Shown here: one piece after another, positions 27,504 through 36,166 of the stretch
Numbering within the stretch: the stretch's first letter is position 1
How the letters are laid out: every line of letters starts with the position of its first letter
Assembly: GCA_046483985.1 (NCBI GenBank)
Contig: JAWOCD010000072.1
Coordinates: forward strand, 1 to 44,583
Direction: 5' to 3'
From: Promethearchaeia archaeon
GTDB taxonomy: Archaea; Asgardarchaeota; Lokiarchaeia; Sigyniarchaeales; SOKP01
Length of the DNA: 44,583 nt
Made by a program: the position numbers and the translations under genes
The notes under the pieces: generated by a model
The model's input: only the letters and a program-made list of their open reading frames with translations
Databases searched by the model: none
What the model was told of the DNA's origin: nothing

Positions 27504-28457
27504 GTGAAAAAAATGAAAGTCGAAAAATCAAGCCAAGATCTTGAAAATGAAGTAATATATGCTGATCTCTGTATTCATTGTGGAAGTTGTAATGCGTTTT
27601 GTCCGCATATGGACTTTGATGAAGAAACGGGAGAACCGTATGTAGTTGATGAGTGTGCAGAAACTATAGGATTATGTTATAACTCATGCCCTCGCTCATT
27701 TTTAGCTGTGAGCGAGATTGAAGAAAAATTATTCGGAGAGACCCGAGTTGATTTAACTGTAGGCGTGTATAAAGATATCGTTCAAGTAGAATCAGAAAAT
27801 GAGGAAGATATTTTAACGAATATGGTCACGGCAGCATTTAAAGCGGGTATTGTCAAACATATGGTCTTAAGTGAGAAGAAAAGCAAGAAACCCCCCCTCT
27901 CCTTTCCGAAAATTGTGGATACCGCTGAAGATGCAAAAGAATATATTCCAGATAAAACGATGGATAATGCTGGCCCACTAGTTACGGGAATTGGTAAAGC
28001 GTATTTGGATCGGAAAAAAGAGGTAGGAATCTTGGGAAATCCATGTCATCTACAAGGATTAGCAAAAATATTGACTAGTGATTTCAATACGGGTGCAAGA
28101 GATACCGTCTCCTTAAGAATTGGTTTTGCTTGCTCTTCTGGAGGTATGGCTGGATGCCGGTATTGTACCGATTATTCTGCAGAGTTTTCTGATATCTCAT
28201 ATTCCCCATGGGGTGCCCCAAAGGGTGAAGCCCTTTTAATAATACGAAGCGAAGTCGGTCAAGAATTATTAGATACAGCCATTGATGAGGGACTCTTAAA
28301 GATTACGGATAAGAGTCCAGATTTAAGTGAGATGAAGGAATTTATAAACAGAAAGAGACGGAAAAATTTCGAATCTCTAATTGGTTCAGGATTAATCTCT
28401 GCCGGCTACTTGAAGTTAAATCTTAACGAAGTACAAGAGTTACTTAGAGAAGAATAA
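27504..28457 (+). CDS. Coenzyme F420 hydrogenase/dehydrogenase beta-subunit (FrhB/FdhB) family protein with N-terminal ferredoxin domain
   Basis: CIHCGSCNAFCP, GLCYNSCPR, G.PCH..G, IG.AC, GCRYCTDYSAEFSDIS, IIRSEVG.EL. Confidence 0.85.
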   Translation: MKKMKVEKSSQDLENEVIYADLCIHCGSCNAFCPHMDFDEETGEPYVVDECAETIGLCYNSCPRSFLAVSEIEEKLFGETRVDLTVGVYKDIVQVESENEEDILTNMVTAAFKAGIVKHMVLSEKKSKKPPLSFPKIVDTAEDAKEYIPDKTMDNAGPLVTGIGKAYLDRKKEVGILGNPCHLQGLAKILTSDFNTGARDTVSLRIGFACSSGGMAGCRYCTDYSAEFSDISYSPWGAPKGEALLIIRSEVGQELLDTAIDEGLLKITDKSPDLSEMKEFINRKRRKNFESLIGSGLISAGYLKLNLNEVQELLREE

Positions 28458-28541
28458 TTTTGTCATATTTCTTTTTTCTTTTCTTTTTAATTACTGATCA
28501 CAAATTTTATCATTAAAAAATATAAAAGTAGTTTAACTCAT

Positions 28542-29759
28542 TTAGTTTTCTTTTTCCCGTTGAGAAGGCGATAAAAACGAAGAGTTAAGTGTTATAACCA
28601 AGTCTTGCGAAAATTCATTGAAATTTTTCATCATATTGGGATGAAGATGATCGGGGTTATCTTCCTCTGAATGAATCCTGCCATTCGAGCCAAATATGAT
28701 AAACTCATACCCGTAGAATTTTAATGGGGTATGATCCGTGCTATAGGCAATTAAAGGGGGGATATATACTTCATTTAGTGTTTTTTGATATTTTTCATTT
28801 TGTGTAAGGATCATTTCAGTCTTTTTCTTTAAATGGGGAGAAAATATCTGTTTTGGATAACCTTGTCCATAAAAATAGAGATTTTCCTTTTCGTTGAGAG
28901 CAACTGTATCAACGATAATAAAATAGGTATGTTTCACATCGAATTGACTGTGAAACTCCTTAATGAAATTATATGCTCCAAGATCGCCTGCCTCTTCTGC
29001 GCCAGTAAAGACAAAGGTTAAATTTGTATGGGATAAAGGATTTTGATGAAAATGTTCTAATAAATAAAAGACATTTGACACTCCGGTGGCATTGTCACCA
29101 GTACCGGGCGACTTATTGTCCCGGGTATTGAATATTTGCAAAGAAATAACCAGTGCAATGACAAAACCATAACTGAAAAAAAGGTATGGAATCGAAGAAA
29201 TCACTGAAAAATGATACAACATTATGGTAATGAAAAGATGGAGCGAGAAAAGACTCCCTCCGACTAATCCGAGAAAATATAGGGCTCCAGAGAAGATCGG
29301 ATGTAATTTATGACTAATTGAATCGTAATGAGCAAAAAATACAACATTGGCCCTCGAAACCTCCGAGTGTTGCGCTGAGATCTTTGCGATATAATTTTTG
29401 CTTTTATAGTCTTTTCCCAGATGCAAGACTTTAAAGTGAAGATACTCTCGAATCTGTCTACTATAGAAGGAATAGACAAATAAAATAATTCCTAAAATTA
29501 AGCTCAGATAATATCGGTCGAGAATGATTAGAAAGAAGGTGCTAATGATAAGTAGAGCGGTGATCACATCATAAATGCGCAGTAATGTATTCATATAAAA
29601 CCAAGAATATTTGAATTCTTGCGTTCTATATTCTTCCACCCCCATTCTCTTAAATTCGCTCTCGATAAGTTCTTGTGCCTTCTTTTCGCCTTCTGTTCCC
29701 GCCATACGGGGAAATGATAAGGCTCGAATGAAATCCTCTGAGTATCGGTTATTACTCAT
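28542..29759 (-). CDS. Membrane-embedded M28-family metallopeptidase
   Basis: PRMAGTEGE, AHYDS, GTGDNATG, GAEE.G..GA, VDTV, STDH, IHSEED, with two inserted TM hairpins. Confidence 0.85.
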   Translation of the reverse strand: MSNNRYSEDFIRALSFPRMAGTEGEKKAQELIESEFKRMGVEEYRTQEFKYSWFYMNTLLRIYDVITALLIISTFFLIILDRYYLSLILGIILFVYSFYSRQIREYLHFKVLHLGKDYKSKNYIAKISAQHSEVSRANVVFFAHYDSISHKLHPIFSGALYFLGLVGGSLFSLHLFITIMLYHFSVISSIPYLFFSYGFVIALVISLQIFNTRDNKSPGTGDNATGVSNVFYLLEHFHQNPLSHTNLTFVFTGAEEAGDLGAYNFIKEFHSQFDVKHTYFIIVDTVALNEKENLYFYGQGYPKQIFSPHLKKKTEMILTQNEKYQKTLNEVYIPPLIAYSTDHTPLKFYGYEFIIFGSNGRIHSEEDNPDHLHPNMMKNFNEFSQDLVITLNSSFLSPSQREKEN

Positions 29760-30291
29760 TCTTTTGGTCCTTTTTTTTCAAAATCTCTTTTGCTAGGGTC
29801 CTGAAAATCATTTTATTATTATGCCCCGATTTTGAGGAGGTCTCGAAGAAACCATCTAAGTTATGTTCTTCTTTAAAGTCCTCTCCGTCTTGGTAACTTA
29901 CTGCGCGCTTCAGATCGGCTAAATCCCGTTTTTCTCCTACTAATATAATTACTGGGTCTGACGCGTTTTCTCTAACAATCCCTAACCATTCTGTTAGATT
30001 TTCATAACTTTTATATTGGGTAATATCGTAGCAGAGTAAACAACCAACCGCCCCGCGGGCGTAATTGGGTAAGAAGAATCTGAATCTTTTTTCTCCCGCA
30101 AAGTCCCAAATTTGAAGTTTAACCACCTTTTCATCGAAGTTGATATCATATGTAGCCAAATCTGTACCGATGGTTATTTTTTGGGGGATAAAATTACCCG
30201 TTACAAGTCTCTGAACCATAGTTGATTTGCCCACGCCACCATCGCCGCAGAGAATGGATTTATAAAAATAACTTTCTTTTGACATCGTCAA
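29752..30291 (-). CDS. Rab-like small GTPase
   Basis: GDGGVGKST, TIGTD, KLQIWDFAGEKRF, YARGAVG..L.YDIT, GEKRD, ETSSK. No C-terminal prenylation cysteines. Confidence 0.9.
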   Translation of the reverse strand: MTMSKESYFYKSILCGDGGVGKSTMVQRLVTGNFIPQKITIGTDLATYDINFDEKVVKLQIWDFAGEKRFRFFLPNYARGAVGCLLCYDITQYKSYENLTEWLGIVRENASDPVIILVGEKRDLADLKRAVSYQDGEDFKEEHNLDGFFETSSKSGHNNKMIFRTLAKEILKKKDQKNE

Positions 30292-30458
30292 TCATTTTCT
30301 TGAACTATATGATATAATAATATTAAACTGCAAATTTATTAATCTTTATTTTCAGTTTGTGCTTCTTAAAATCCTTTTAAATGAAGAATGCCCTCATACC
30401 GAATGGCTCCCAAAATTTAAAATTTTGGAGTTGAGGCTTCAAATTCCTTTCCATCTAG

Positions 30459-31349
30459 TTATTCAAAATCATTTTGGCGGTCAATATTTTTTTGAAGCAA
30501 CCTGAGGTTTTCAATGATTTTGAATTGAACATTTTTTGGTAGGGGTGCTAGCAACTCATTTAATCTTTCTGGCTTTAATGCGTTAATCGTTTGATATGAT
30601 TTGCGAAATAATACTAACGCGAATACTGGAGGAAGAATAAGAATAAGAATCAAAAAATAGGAAAGGGATATGGGAGCAGAATTTTCCAAGCCGGTGCCAG
30701 GAAGGTTATATGCAAATCCCTCTAAGATATTAAAGTGAACGAAAAAGGAAAAGAGTAAATTTCCGAGGTTACATGTTAAAAAGATCACGAAGCTCCAAGT
30801 AGAAATGGACCTAAATTCATCGAGCTTAAGATATGATAAAAGATAATCTAACTTTTCTGCCATCTCATCCGAATCCCATTCTCGTCCTGAGAAGTCTATA
30901 TCATGTAATACTATTTCAATTTTGCTATATTTCCAAAGGTCGATAAAGATCCAATAAAATCCAAGGGTATAGAGGAATATAAAGAGGATCATAAAGTAAA
31001 GATAATAATTGTCCACTAATTGAGGATGATACAAGCTTTCAGCTCCATACCAAAATAGAACGATAAGCTGAAAAAGTGCGCAAAAATTGAGGCGATCCGC
31101 GTGCTTGCTTTCAGCCCCTAATGGATTATAGTTTACATAAGATTTTGTAAATTCTGTGAGATATTTATTCGTTCCGATTATGGAAAAGGTCAGAGAAAAC
31201 CCAAATGAAATTAGGGGAAAGAGGAGTAGAAGGATATTCAGATATCCTTGTGCAATAGTCAAAAGGAAAAGAAAACTAAATAAAACCAGATTTCGTATGA
31301 TTTTTTCCGAGAAAAAACTTCGCAAACTGATATATTCTTCGTTTTCCAT
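30459..31349 (-). CDS. Hypothetical multi-pass membrane protein
   Basis: About 6 hydrophobic helices, 296 aa. Confidence 0.75.
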   Translation of the reverse strand: MENEEYISLRSFFSEKIIRNLVLFSFLFLLTIAQGYLNILLLLFPLISFGFSLTFSIIGTNKYLTEFTKSYVNYNPLGAESKHADRLNFCALFQLIVLFWYGAESLYHPQLVDNYYLYFMILFIFLYTLGFYWIFIDLWKYSKIEIVLHDIDFSGREWDSDEMAEKLDYLLSYLKLDEFRSISTWSFVIFLTCNLGNLLFSFFVHFNILEGFAYNLPGTGLENSAPISLSYFLILILILPPVFALVLFRKSYQTINALKPERLNELLAPLPKNVQFKIIENLRLLQKNIDRQNDFE

Positions 31350-31443
31350 TTCTTTAAGAAATTTTTTTTAACATTAAAATTTGTGGTTTTAATAATTATG
31401 TGATATTAATATATATATTGTATTAAGAGGTTTAATTTTTGAA

Positions 31444-33120
31444 TTGACTACTCCAGTTTCTAAAAATAATGGGCTTTTTACAACCAATACACTTGCCAGT
31501 AAGAAATTCTTGCTGATATATGTATTTATAATTTGGTTTAGCCTCTGTACCTTATTAGTTCAAGTTTACTACTTCTGGTGGCTGTTCAGAAATAGTTTCT
31601 TTTTGTTTATCTTAACTCTTCCCGTAGAAATTACTGTTGCTTATTTTATTCTCATTATATCTTCTGGATTTATCGCAAAAATCTTCTTATTTCTTGTAAA
31701 TCATATTCATCCTCCGAGGGAAGGAATTTTTCGGAGAGAAAAAAAGAATAAAGATTATTATTATTGGAGTTTAAGAAGTATAATAAAAAAATGGCCAGTT
31801 TGGCTTACAAACTTTATTCCCTCTTCGTTTCTTGATAATTGGCTGCTTGGGCTATTTGGGGTAGCAATTCGGGAAACTACGAACTTGAATGGGGTGACAA
31901 TTGATACAGATTTTATTTCACTAGGCAAAAATGTATCGATTGGAGCGGGGTCATATATTAGGTCTTGTATGGTGGTTAGTGAGTTTTTAATTATCCAAGA
32001 AGTTGTAATCAAAGATAATGTAATAATTGGTCCTCAGAGTTATATTTCTCCAGGAACTCAAATAGAACAAAAAGTTGTTCTTAAAGCTTCTTCGTTAACC
32101 AGAGTAAATCAATACCTCAAGAGAAATACTATTTATAGCGGGGTTCCCGCGGAAAAAGTTGGTTCTGCGAAGCCATATTTTAAAAATGAATTGAATATAA
32201 AAGAGAAAGTGAGAGCAAATCAAGCAGTTGGCTCAGATTTGGAAAAATCTAAACAGAAAACACTAAAAAAAAAATTTAAAGGAAGGTTTACAACTAATAT
32301 TCCCCAATATTTATTGATATTTTTTGTAATTTACATATTTTCTTATGGCTTACCTTTATACTCCTTAAGTTCCTTCATCATACTGATTTTTAACCCTTAT
32401 TATCTGACCAATTCTGGACTTTTATCTATCTTTACGAATCCTAATGCTTTATATGTTCTACTTTTCTCACCCCTCCTTTTTATTGGCTTATATGTCTTTA
32501 ATCTCTCGTTGGTTGCGATTATTACCAAAATTATCTATGTATATATTAAAAGAAATTGTCCTTTTCAAGAGGGAGTATACGATTGGCAAGAGAAAACTCA
32601 AGAATATAACTATTACTTTATCCGATCTTTTCTCATTCGATACATTAAATGGAGGAGCCTGAAAAGTCCTTTTCCGTGGTTATTAAAAAACTTTTTTAAC
32701 TTTATCGGTAACTGCTACGTCGGAAAGGATTCCGTCATAGAGGATTTATATATGGCTAAGGAATATGTTTGGATAGGAGATAACGTGTATTTGGGAAATT
32801 GCCTTTTAGCAAACCATTATTGGGATAAAAAACTAACAGTAAAAGGCATAAAAATCGAAGATAATGCTGTAATCAGTGATGGTTGTTGTATAGGTCCCGG
32901 CACTTATATTCAAAAACAAGTAACGGTGCTCCCCTTGTCCACTACTACAAAATCAAATATGATGGAAGCAAATCAACTTTATCATCAAGTTCCAATCAAG
33001 AAAATGAAAAAGGCCGAAATTATCGAATTCTTTGCTCTAAATTCTCAAAAATTTGAACATGATTCGGAATTTAAAGATACATTGATTAAAAATCCAATTG
33101 AGGTGTCAAATTCGAAATGA
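31444..33120 (+). CDS. Membrane protein with two tandem (TM hairpin + left-handed beta-helix) acyltransferase-like units
   Basis: Hexapeptide repeats (ISLGKNVSIG, VIKDNVIIG, WIGDNVYLG, KIEDNAVIS), each preceded by a TM pair and P.EG.[FY]. Unit 1 ends Y.GVPA. Confidence 0.8.
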   Translation: MTTPVSKNNGLFTTNTLASKKFLLIYVFIIWFSLCTLLVQVYYFWWLFRNSFFLFILTLPVEITVAYFILIISSGFIAKIFLFLVNHIHPPREGIFRREKKNKDYYYWSLRSIIKKWPVWLTNFIPSSFLDNWLLGLFGVAIRETTNLNGVTIDTDFISLGKNVSIGAGSYIRSCMVVSEFLIIQEVVIKDNVIIGPQSYISPGTQIEQKVVLKASSLTRVNQYLKRNTIYSGVPAEKVGSAKPYFKNELNIKEKVRANQAVGSDLEKSKQKTLKKKFKGRFTTNIPQYLLIFFVIYIFSYGLPLYSLSSFIILIFNPYYLTNSGLLSIFTNPNALYVLLFSPLLFIGLYVFNLSLVAIITKIIYVYIKRNCPFQEGVYDWQEKTQEYNYYFIRSFLIRYIKWRSLKSPFPWLLKNFFNFIGNCYVGKDSVIEDLYMAKEYVWIGDNVYLGNCLLANHYWDKKLTVKGIKIEDNAVISDGCCIGPGTYIQKQVTVLPLSTTTKSNMMEANQLYHQVPIKKMKKAEIIEFFALNSQKFEHDSEFKDTLIKNPIEVSNSK

Positions 33121-33848
33121 ACATTGAAAATTTACCAATAACCAGTAATACTATAAAATATCACAAATTCTGGATATTATATCCCTTTATCCTTATGTTT
33201 TCTGTAGCCCCCTCAATTTTTATAGCATCCAATTTTTTCCAGTATTTTTATCCCGTTTTTAACAATATTAGCCTTATCGTGATTCTTCCTCTTTTACTCT
33301 TGGGTTATTATCTACTCTTTGATCTAACGTTACTCTTGATTGTTAAACTATTTCTAATCTTGCTAAAGTTAATTCATCAGCCCAAGGAAGGACTATTTAA
33401 TATAGATTTACAGGACAAGGATTATCTTTTCTTTTGTTTAAGAAAATCACTAAAAAATTTACTTTTTAAGTTATATAACTATTTTCCTTTACCATGGATT
33501 CGTATATTCGCGTTAAAACTGTGCAATATAAAAACTCCGAATAGTGTTGGATTATTAGACAGTTATATTGATACGGATTTTATAGAGTTTGGTGAGGATT
33601 CAATATTGGGAGAGGGAACAATGGTAATGAGTTCAATAATTATTGGAGATCAATTATTAATTAAAAAAGTAAAACTTGAAGTAGGTTGTACGGTAGGGGC
33701 TTATTCGCTTATTGCTCCAGGAACTACGGTTGGGAAGGGCTCAATATTGGGAGGAAGAAGTTATACCTCAATCGGCCAACATCTTGAATCCGGATGGGTA
33801 TATGTAGGGAGACCAGCAAAAAAACTGGAGCAATTGCAAATCGAATAG
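33117..33848 (+). CDS. Membrane protein with one TM hairpin + left-handed beta-helix unit
   Basis: HQPKEGLF..KDY, IDTDFIEFGEDSILG, VGCTVGAYSLIAPGTTVGKGSILG, VYVGRPA. ATGA overlap with the upstream paralogue. Confidence 0.82.
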   Translation: MNIENLPITSNTIKYHKFWILYPFILMFSVAPSIFIASNFFQYFYPVFNNISLIVILPLLLLGYYLLFDLTLLLIVKLFLILLKLIHQPKEGLFNIDLQDKDYLFFCLRKSLKNLLFKLYNYFPLPWIRIFALKLCNIKTPNSVGLLDSYIDTDFIEFGEDSILGEGTMVMSSIIIGDQLLIKKVKLEVGCTVGAYSLIAPGTTVGKGSILGGRSYTSIGQHLESGWVYVGRPAKKLEQLQIE

Positions 33849-34008
33849 ATTTTATTAAAGTGTAAATAACGAAGAATTTTAAATTTTTCAACTTTTAAGG
33901 TAAATAGAGTATTTTTATTGAGCTTAGTAAATTTTAAGAAATTACTTTTAGCAATTTACTCTGGATTCTTATAAACAAACAAAAGTTCTAAATAGTATTA
34001 ATCTTCAT

Positions 34009-35997
34009 TTGGTGTTTAAAATCGATTACCGAGATTTCTTTCCTTATACCAAATTCAGAAAAAATCAAGAGAATATTATTCAGCAGATTCAAAAATCGGG
34101 GAGATCAAAAAAAAATATTTTAATTTCCGCACCAAATGGGACTGGTAAAACCATAATAGCGCTAAGTGCTTTATTGCCTATTGCTATTGAAAAAGATCTG
34201 AAAATAATCTATATGTGTAGAACGCATAGTCAAAACGCGAGAGTAATCAAAGAATTACATAAGATTTCCCGATATGTAAAAAAAGGAAATTCGGATTCAC
34301 ATGATTTAAAAGTTAATGGGCTTTCTATCCGTGGAAGGACTGAAATGTGTCTTAATGACACATTGTTGTCGTTAAATGCTGACCCAAAAGAATCAATGTC
34401 GGTTTGTAAGGATTTAAGAAAGAATAGAAATTGTCTACATTTCTTAAATCTGCTTAAAAAGAAACGGGATGTAGATAAACCTACTCTGATTTCTCCTGAG
34501 CTTTTTGAAAGACCGGTGGAGGCTGATGATTTAATTGCATTTTGCCAAGAAAAGAAATTATGTCCTTATTTTCTAAGCAAGTTCTTACTATCAGAAATGA
34601 GGATTATAATTTGCAATTATCAATGGATTTTTAACCCTTTCATTCGAGAATCTTTTCTTAAATTTATTGGAAAGGAATTGCCCAATTGTATTTTTGTTAT
34701 TGATGAATGCCATAATGTCATCAACGTGGCTACGAATGTTAATTCAAAACGAATAAGTCCCTATTCTCTTAAATTATGTCTAAAAGATTTGGAGATGTAT
34801 AAATCTCCTCCCAAGATGCAAAGTTTTGTAAACCTTCTTTTAAATCATTTAGAAAAAAGAAAAAAGTCCCTCAGTTTTGGAGAGCAAAAGATCAATGCTT
34901 CTAATTTTCTTAAAAATCTTTTGCGAAAATTAGGTTATTCGGATTTAACTCAATTCAAAAATTTTTTAAAAGATATATTAGATCTCAGTCTTCTGATTCA
35001 CGAGGAAAAATTAGCAAACGGACAAATTTCACGGGATTATATAGGAACCTTTGCCAATTTTTGGTTAAAATGGATTGAAACCCATACACTTGATAAATAT
35101 TATTTTTGTTATAATGTTAGAAATGTAAATGATAAAAAATCAATTTCTTTAGAAATTGTTGCCTTAGATCCAAGAGAGATTGTCGTTCCTCTTCTTAGAA
35201 ATTGTTACACTTCATTAAGTATGTCAGGGACCGTTAATCCTTATGTTTTTACTAATTTAATGGGATTAAATGAAAGTGGAAAGAGTTATAAGGGGATAGT
35301 TGCAAAATCACCTTTTAAAAAGAAACATATTAAAGCCTTAATAACGGAAGGTGTAAATACAAGAAAAGAAAATAGAAAACCATTTATGTTTAAAAAGATA
35401 TTATCCAAAATAGACGAAATCATCCACTGTACCCCCGCAAATGTGGGAATTTTTTGTGCTTCGTATAAAATCTTACATGCGCTATTAAACCATGGAATTG
35501 AAAAAATTGCTGAAAACAATAATAAAAAAATATTTGTAGAAAAACCGGGAACTTCAGCTTCTGAAAATGCTTTTTTAGTAGAAAATTTTAAATCCATGGC
35601 AGGCGATGGCGGGGCAGTCTTATTAGGGGTATGTGGTGGGAGGAATTCGGAAGGGGAAGATTATCCGGGGGATTATATGAATACTGTTATTGTTGCTGGA
35701 TTTCCTTATCATTTACCTACTCCCCGTGTAGAAGCGAAAATAGAATATTATGATAAAGTATTCAATAATCAAGGGTGGAATTTTGCTTATTTATATCCCG
35801 CAATTCAGAGGGCGAATCAAGCCTCTGGCAGACCGATAAGAAAAGTTGAAGATAAAGGAGCAATCATTTTTTTGGATTCCCGTTTTAAACAAAAATACAA
35901 ATGGATTTCTAGTTGGGTAAAGAATCAAATAGAGATAGTCCCAGATAAGAAGAATGCATTGATTCAACAGCTTTATCCGTTTTGGAACCACAACTAG
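34009..35997 (+). CDS. XPD/Rad3-family FeS DNA helicase
   Basis: FPY..R..Q, APNGTGKT, RTHSQ, four FeS Cys (GRTEMC, VC, NC, CPY), IDECHN, MSGT, SEG.D, QASGRPIR...DKG. Confidence 0.93.
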   Translation: MVFKIDYRDFFPYTKFRKNQENIIQQIQKSGRSKKNILISAPNGTGKTIIALSALLPIAIEKDLKIIYMCRTHSQNARVIKELHKISRYVKKGNSDSHDLKVNGLSIRGRTEMCLNDTLLSLNADPKESMSVCKDLRKNRNCLHFLNLLKKKRDVDKPTLISPELFERPVEADDLIAFCQEKKLCPYFLSKFLLSEMRIIICNYQWIFNPFIRESFLKFIGKELPNCIFVIDECHNVINVATNVNSKRISPYSLKLCLKDLEMYKSPPKMQSFVNLLLNHLEKRKKSLSFGEQKINASNFLKNLLRKLGYSDLTQFKNFLKDILDLSLLIHEEKLANGQISRDYIGTFANFWLKWIETHTLDKYYFCYNVRNVNDKKSISLEIVALDPREIVVPLLRNCYTSLSMSGTVNPYVFTNLMGLNESGKSYKGIVAKSPFKKKHIKALITEGVNTRKENRKPFMFKKILSKIDEIIHCTPANVGIFCASYKILHALLNHGIEKIAENNNKKIFVEKPGTSASENAFLVENFKSMAGDGGAVLLGVCGGRNSEGEDYPGDYMNTVIVAGFPYHLPTPRVEAKIEYYDKVFNNQGWNFAYLYPAIQRANQASGRPIRKVEDKGAIIFLDSRFKQKYKWISSWVKNQIEIVPDKKNALIQQLYPFWNHN

Positions 35998-36166
35998 AAC
36001 GAATCCTTGTTTGCTGTTTTTATTTTGAATATCAAAAATAGAAGTAAGTATTAAATCTAGTCAACACTCCCTAATAAAGAGGAAAAAGATTCATCTAGTT
36101 AAGAGGAAATTTGTTGCAATTAAGAGATTTTTCGATAGATTAACGACAAAAAGTTAAAAGAGGCCC

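Noticed and set aside
27504-28500. Selenocysteine readthrough or SECIS at the FrhB-like gene
   Set aside because: No in-frame TGA, the stop is TAA, and no SECIS-like stem follows.
25633-29759. Presenilin near an M28 protein as a proto gamma-secretase (nicastrin has an M28-like fold)
   Set aside because: This M28 keeps its metal ligands, has internal TM hairpins rather than type I topology, lies on the opposite strand and is separated by two genes.
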